Origin: an uncultured bacterium
Lineage (GTDB): Bacteria; Chloroflexota; UBA5177; JANWHV01
Reading direction: 5' to 3'
Length of the DNA: 64,000 nucleotides
Assembly (NCBI GenBank): GCA_963729625.1
Contig: CAVSOU010000011.1
Location: 192,001 to 256,000, forward strand
This document shows, one piece after another, positions 59,388-64,000 of this stretch. A model generated the notes under the pieces. It did no database searches. It saw only the letters and a program-made list of their open reading frames with translations, and had not been told where the DNA came from. Position numbers and translations under genes: made by a program. Every line of letters starts with the position of its first letter. Within the stretch, counting starts at the first letter, position 1.

Positions 59388-60278
59388 ACCACTCCTGTGT
59401 GACCGCGAAGCTCAAGCTGTCCGACGGCGGCCAACGCTGCCGCAACCACCAATGAAGCACGTGTCCGTGGCTTGGCCTGGTTAATGATGTGAGTATACCG
59501 CGAGCACTCGGTACCACACGTCTGTTGCGACTTTGCCACTACGGATTTCCGTTGACCACTTCGACGGACAATACTTGTTCTTGCACGCGGCCAGATTCTA
59601 CGTTGCAGCACGTGGCGCGCCCTGTCTTGAGACTCATGCGCATACCGATGAACCGGAAACGACGTTGGACAGGCGCAATATTGGCGCGGGTTGCTCGTCG
59701 AAGACTCAGGCGCCCTGGGCGCATACCTCCTACTGAGGCACCTGTGAGCGGCGAGCCGCTACGTCGGTCCCAGCTGTCGGGCCCAACACACTCAATGCCG
59801 CGGTGTGCTATTCAGGCAGCGCGCCACCAAGACCCCAATAGCTCAGCCACTTCATGATCGGTGGTAATCGCTAATGCGGTCGTGGTCCACGTGAACGACG
59901 CTGGGCCAGGCACACCTGAGAAGCGGCGTGATAGTCACTTGACCCACTTCGGGCGCATTCCCGGGAGCCGCGCACGTTCACGACACGTAGGAACCGGTCT
60001 GGGGCTCAACCTGGGGCGCCAGCCGGCCCAAGCCATGCACGACGAGCTCGATCGTGAAGGCAGTGACTCTGGCGGCAGCACGGTTCGCTGGCGCCTGCGT
60101 GCCGCGGCACATTGCTCCGCGGTAGTGTGAAGGTGCTCATATTCGGCGGCTGGGTGCGTCCAAGGATGCCGAGCGGACCCGTAGCCATGTCTCGCCGGGA
60201 GTGGCAGACTGGCAATAGTGCTCGATTGGCGGGCTGACCGGTGCCGCGGCACCGCAGTACGGGAACAGGAGACGGAGT

Positions 60279-60809
60279 ATGGCGACTGTCGATCTTCGGT
60301 CCATTCAGGCTCCGCTTAAGGAACGCTACCGCGGAGATCCCGCTTCCGCGGCCGTGGTCACCATGGCGCGGAGCATCCCTTACGATCCGAGCGATCCGCA
60401 ACACTGTGTTGCCGCGCCGGTCGCGTTTCCCGAGGTCGAGATCCGCTCCGGGCTGCATGCTGCGGCGGGAGGCGCCGGGGACGTGCCCTGCTCCGGAGAT
60501 ATCCTGGCAGCCGCCCTCGTGATCTGCGAGGAGAGCACGATTCGCTCGGTGGCGACAAACATGGGGGTAGAGCTCGAGTCGGTGCGGGTGGAAGCGGAGA
60601 TCCACTGGGACTTCCGGGGCACTATGGGCGTCGACCGATCGGTCCCGGTCGGAGCTACCAGGATCGAGCTGCGCAGCCAGGTCAAGGTCAAGGAAGGAGT
60701 GGACGAGGAACGGGCACGACGACTGTTGCAGAGTGCCGAGCGCTACTGCGCGACGCTCCAAACCCTGCGCAGCGGCGTGACGGTGGAGACCAAGTTCCAC
60801 CTTGAGTAG
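60279..60809 (+). CDS. OsmC family protein
   Basis: Motifs CSGDILAAALVIC, DFRGTMGV and AERYC. Confidence 0.85.
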   Translation: MATVDLRSIQAPLKERYRGDPASAAVVTMARSIPYDPSDPQHCVAAPVAFPEVEIRSGLHAAAGGAGDVPCSGDILAAALVICEESTIRSVATNMGVELESVRVEAEIHWDFRGTMGVDRSVPVGATRIELRSQVKVKEGVDEERARRLLQSAERYCATLQTLRSGVTVETKFHLE

Positions 60810-61087
60810 TCCACCCAGGGGCCGCACCCGCTGCACAGCTTGCGTTCGGCACGCCCGAGCAGTCGCGCGGGAAGCGTAACGAAGGGCCGGCTCTGCTCCC
60901 TTCACTGCCTGCCAGGGCCAGACCAGGCTGGAACCCCGGACTGGTCTGGCCCAACGTCGCCGTTGTCGTAGGGTCTGCGCTGGCTAGCACTCAAGCTGGC
61001 CTGCGCCACCGTGCCCGCGCTATCGACTGTAGCATGGACTTTACCGGTTGCCTTGGCGGGCAGCGTCAAGGCCCGTGAAAGCACGGC

Positions 61088-61579
61088 CTATCCGGCAGAT
61101 GCGTTCGCGGTCAATCGATCGCGGAAGGCAGCTATCTGGGAGCTGTGCTCGCGCTTGTGCCCGTAGTACATGTAGACGATCACATCGTCCAGTGCGTATT
61201 CGGTTCCATACCAGGGCAACGTTCCCGGCTGCCGGCGCCGCTCCTCCGGGATGCGAACGATAAGCTCCATGGTTCGCGCGTGCGCAACCGCGAACTCGTC
61301 CAGGATCTCGCGCACAGACGCGGGCCGACGCGCCTCGACCTCGGCGTCGTTGAAGGCGTCACCGGCACGCATGCGGTCCAGGCAGGGGGTTGAGCCCGTG
61401 TCGAGGAGCGAGCCCAGGATATCCTCCAGAATACGCTCATAGGAAGTCAGGTGAGCGACGATGTCTTTCATCGACCAGGTTCCGCAGGCTCCTGAAAGCT
61501 CCCAGTCAGGCTCCGCGATGCCCTCGATCGTCTGTAGCACCGTCTGCTGCCCGTATTTCAAGATGTCTACCGCGTTCAT
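61088..61579 (-). CDS. DinB/maleylpyruvate-isomerase-like protein
   Basis: Motifs WSMKDIVAHL and HKREH. Confidence 0.75.
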   Translation of the reverse strand: MNAVDILKYGQQTVLQTIEGIAEPDWELSGACGTWSMKDIVAHLTSYERILEDILGSLLDTGSTPCLDRMRAGDAFNDAEVEARRPASVREILDEFAVAHARTMELIVRIPEERRRQPGTLPWYGTEYALDDVIVYMYYGHKREHSSQIAAFRDRLTANASAG

Positions 61580-62567
61580 CGCCTGACTCTCCTGCACTCT
61601 CAGGGACGGAGGCACGCGTCCGCAGCGTCAGCGGTGGCCGCGGCTCCGTATGCACCACCAGTTCGAAAATGTCGGGCCGTGCGTAGTGGCCCGCAACATC
61701 CAGCATCCATTTTGAACCGCGCAGCTGGCGCGGGTCGATCTCGGCATAGAGGATTTCCTCCCGCTCATGCGCCGGCCCGGCCACAATCTCACCCTCTGGA
61801 TTCACGATCGCGCTGTCTCCCGCGTTGATCCATTCCGCGGCGCCTGCGTAGAACCTTTCCTTGAGCGGTCCTTCCGGAAGCTGATCCCTGCGCAGGACCA
61901 TACAGGAGCCGAGCACTACCATGCGCCCTTCTTTGGCGATGTGCCGCAGTGTGGAGAGCCAGGGTTCGCCGCGGTCCCAGGTGGCCGCGACGTATAGCTG
62001 CACGCCCTGAGCGTACATGGCGTAGCGAGCCAACGGCATATAGTTTTCCCAGCAGGTCAGGCCGCCCAGTCGGCCGAATGGCGTATCGTGGACGACGAGG
62101 CCGCTGCCGTCGCCCTGCGCCCAAACCAGCCGCTCGCCGCCAGTCGGCACCAGCTTTCGGTGTTTACCCAGAATTCGTCCGTCGGGGCCCATATAGAGGA
62201 CGGTGTTGAACAGGCTGCCGCGGCTCCCCTCGACATTGCGTTCATTGATGCCCATCACCACGTAGGCACCGGCATCTTTCGCTGCCAAGCAGAGGGCCTC
62301 GGTGGTCTCGCCGGGCACGTCGACCGCCTGGTCGAGCAGCTCAGCGTACATGTCTGCGAGCATTCCGTCTTCGCCCGCCGGCACGGCCCAGACCCAGTCG
62401 GGGTAGGCGGGGATGAACGCCTCCGGAAAGGCAATCAGTCGTGCACCTTCGCGTCCGGCCTCGGCGACCAGATCGCACGCCTTGGCACTCGTCGCAGCGC
62501 GGTCGAGGAACACCGGTGCTGCCTGCACGATCGCGACCTTGAACGGCGTTTCGCGTGCATAAGCCAT
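61506..62567 (-). CDS. Nitrilase (carbon-nitrogen hydrolase, branch 1)
   Basis: Catalytic triad in FPEAFIPAYP (E), HRKLVPT (K) and CWENY (C); also GHYARPD. Confidence 0.9.
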   Translation of the reverse strand: MAYARETPFKVAIVQAAPVFLDRAATSAKACDLVAEAGREGARLIAFPEAFIPAYPDWVWAVPAGEDGMLADMYAELLDQAVDVPGETTEALCLAAKDAGAYVVMGINERNVEGSRGSLFNTVLYMGPDGRILGKHRKLVPTGGERLVWAQGDGSGLVVHDTPFGRLGGLTCWENYMPLARYAMYAQGVQLYVAATWDRGEPWLSTLRHIAKEGRMVVLGSCMVLRRDQLPEGPLKERFYAGAAEWINAGDSAIVNPEGEIVAGPAHEREEILYAEIDPRQLRGSKWMLDVAGHYARPDIFELVVHTEPRPPLTLRTRASVPESAGESGDERGRHLEIRAADGATDDRGHRGA

Positions 62568-62583
62568 CTCTTGCTTTCCTCCA

Positions 62584-63189
62584 CTACCGTGAATCCACGG
62601 TGCGAATTGCCCTGCGAGAAGCTGCCCGCGGCAACGCATCGCGAAACTCCTCCATCCTCTTCCAGTCTGGTTCAGGCGGCTCGTGATCCAGACGTGGTGC
62701 GTACACAGAGTGGGCAACCAACCGCATCTTGTGGATGTACCGCGGGCAGTTCGGGAAGATGCGTTCAACCGCCACGCGCACGATGAGCTGCGCGCCAGGA
62801 TAGGTCGGTCGGAGTGGGTCATCGTACGAGACTGTGGCACGGCCGTGCACGCGGAGCCGATTGGGATGCTCGAAATCGATGAACAGTAGCGCCACTTGCG
62901 CGTTCACCAGTACATTGCCCAGGCTCCGGAACATGCCGTTGCCGTCGTAGTCCGGGAACGCGAGCGTCCGCTCGTCCACCGCTTGTACGAAGCCGGGCAC
63001 GCCGCCCTTATACGAGCAGTCGGGATGCCCGTGGGCATCCGCCGTGGCCAGGAAGAACATGCAGCAGCGTTCGATGAAGGCGCGGTCGCCGTCCGTGATA
63101 GTGCCGTGCAGGGTCACCTGTTCGAGCCGGTCGGCAATCCGTCGGCTATCGAACCGGTCCTGCAACCTGCGTGAACCTTCGTGATACAT
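62584..63189 (-). CDS. Pyridoxamine 5'-phosphate oxidase-like FMN-binding protein
   Basis: Motifs FFLATAD, DCSYKGG.PGF, PDYDGNGM and NCPRYIH. Confidence 0.85.
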   Translation of the reverse strand: MYHEGSRRLQDRFDSRRIADRLEQVTLHGTITDGDRAFIERCCMFFLATADAHGHPDCSYKGGVPGFVQAVDERTLAFPDYDGNGMFRSLGNVLVNAQVALLFIDFEHPNRLRVHGRATVSYDDPLRPTYPGAQLIVRVAVERIFPNCPRYIHKMRLVAHSVYAPRLDHEPPEPDWKRMEEFRDALPRAASRRAIRTVDSR

Positions 63190-63376
63190 TGGCCGCGCCT
63201 CCATCGAATCTCGCGTCACGTGCTCGCGCCGGTTGCGTCAGCCGGAACGAGCGAGCCTCTCCGCGTCGGCAGTGCGCACGTCGCGCCGCCGCCGCGTCCC
63301 CAGTGATTCCACCCGTGCTCGGCTCGCCGCGCAATCGCGCGAGCTTTCGGAGCGCGGTTCGCTACGTCTCCCTGCG

Positions 63377-64000
63377 TTATAATGCCGGCCGGATATTCTG
63401 GTTGACATGGAAGAGGTTGGTCGGGTCGTACTGGTTCTTGACCGCAGCCAGGCGTGCGTAGTTGCCGCGGTAGGTCGCCTCGACCCGCTCTTGCCCCTCG
63501 TCCATCATGAAGTTCACGTAGGCGCCGCCCATGGAGTAGGGATGCAGCGCCTCCCAATAGGCGATGGTCCAGTCCTTGATCTTTGCCGCATTGGCCGGAT
63601 CGGGGTCGACGCCCACGATCACCTCTGCCCAGGTGGCATCGCGATAGCTCCAGGCAGTCGCGTGCGGATCGACCCGGCTCGCTGCCCCGTTCACCGGGTA
63701 GAGGTGCATGCTGGACTGCATGGTCGGCAGGGCGGCGGCGTGCGCGATGTGTCGCGCGATCGCCTCGTCGCTCAGCTCTTTGACGAAGTCCGCCCGCCAG
63801 TACCACTGGTGGCCCGGAGGATAGAGCGCGTCGAACATGCCCTGCAAGGCAGGATGCGGCAGCGGACCCACGAAGTCGAGGTCGGGGCCGCCGAATTTGC
63901 TCCGGATGGGAGCGAAGACCGCCTCGGCCCGCTCCGCCGGTCCGGTGTAGCACCAGACCACGCCGCACATCTTCGTGCCGTGCAGGTGCTCCGGGAAGGG
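63377..64000 (-). CDS. FAD-linked oxidoreductase with a BBE domain; partial at window edge
   Basis: GGAYVNF and NYARLAAVKNQYDPTNLFHVNQNI. Confidence 0.88.
   Translation of the reverse strand, partial: PFPEHLHGTKMCGVVWCYTGPAERAEAVFAPIRSKFGGPDLDFVGPLPHPALQGMFDALYPPGHQWYWRADFVKELSDEAIARHIAHAAALPTMQSSMHLYPVNGAASRVDPHATAWSYRDATWAEVIVGVDPDPANAAKIKDWTIAYWEALHPYSMGGAYVNFMMDEGQERVEATYRGNYARLAAVKNQYDPTNLFHVNQNIRPAL

Noticed and set aside
59400-60270. ~870-nt gap with short ORFs (one frame has IELVVHG)
   Set aside because: No coherent family match or RNA motif that I could support; possibly eroded DNA.
1-64000. tRNA, rRNA, integrase or intact transposase
   Set aside because: None recognised by eye; tRNAscan-SE, Infernal and ISEScan would be needed to exclude them formally.

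Overview
High-GC (about 65% by eye) bacterial chromosomal window. Gene content suggests a monoderm, probably Chloroflexota-like organism; this is inference only. Most of the window is envelope and housekeeping genes: the 3' end of probable proS, a TPR protein, a URO-D-like gene with a GH38 alpha-mannosidase, murJ, dedA, fhaA-fhaB-rodA-pbpA, a GH3 NagZ-like gene, an htpX/pspAB/pspAA x2/pspA stress locus, comF, DUF192, a Tad (tadC-tadB-tadA-[cpaE]-cpaB) locus with a NarL-type regulator, three tandem GT-C-like membrane proteins, an opp/dpp ABC operon, an ECF sigma/ZAS anti-sigma pair, rsmG, PBP2, an EPS-type cluster (GT2, CpsD-like, CpsC/Wzz, priming transferase, GT4), and an OsmC/DinB/nitrilase/PNPOx/BBE group. 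Two small accessory islands carry toxin-antitoxin-like modules. The first (about 9.25-14.4 kb) is mostly decayed but keeps an intact RHH gene plus an unusually long RelE-like gene with its own operator; this is the best candidate for an undescribed system. The second (about 27.9-29.8 kb) holds FitAB/VapBC and HigBA between a DUF192 gene and a diverged partial copy of it. Other points: a probable ATT start for oppD, a CpsD-like pseudokinase, a NagZ homolog lacking the catalytic His, a decayed cpaE, and three single-base frameshifts in otherwise intact genes that may be assembly errors. No rRNA, tRNA or CRISPR array was recognised. All family calls come from motif recognition by eye, not from database searches.
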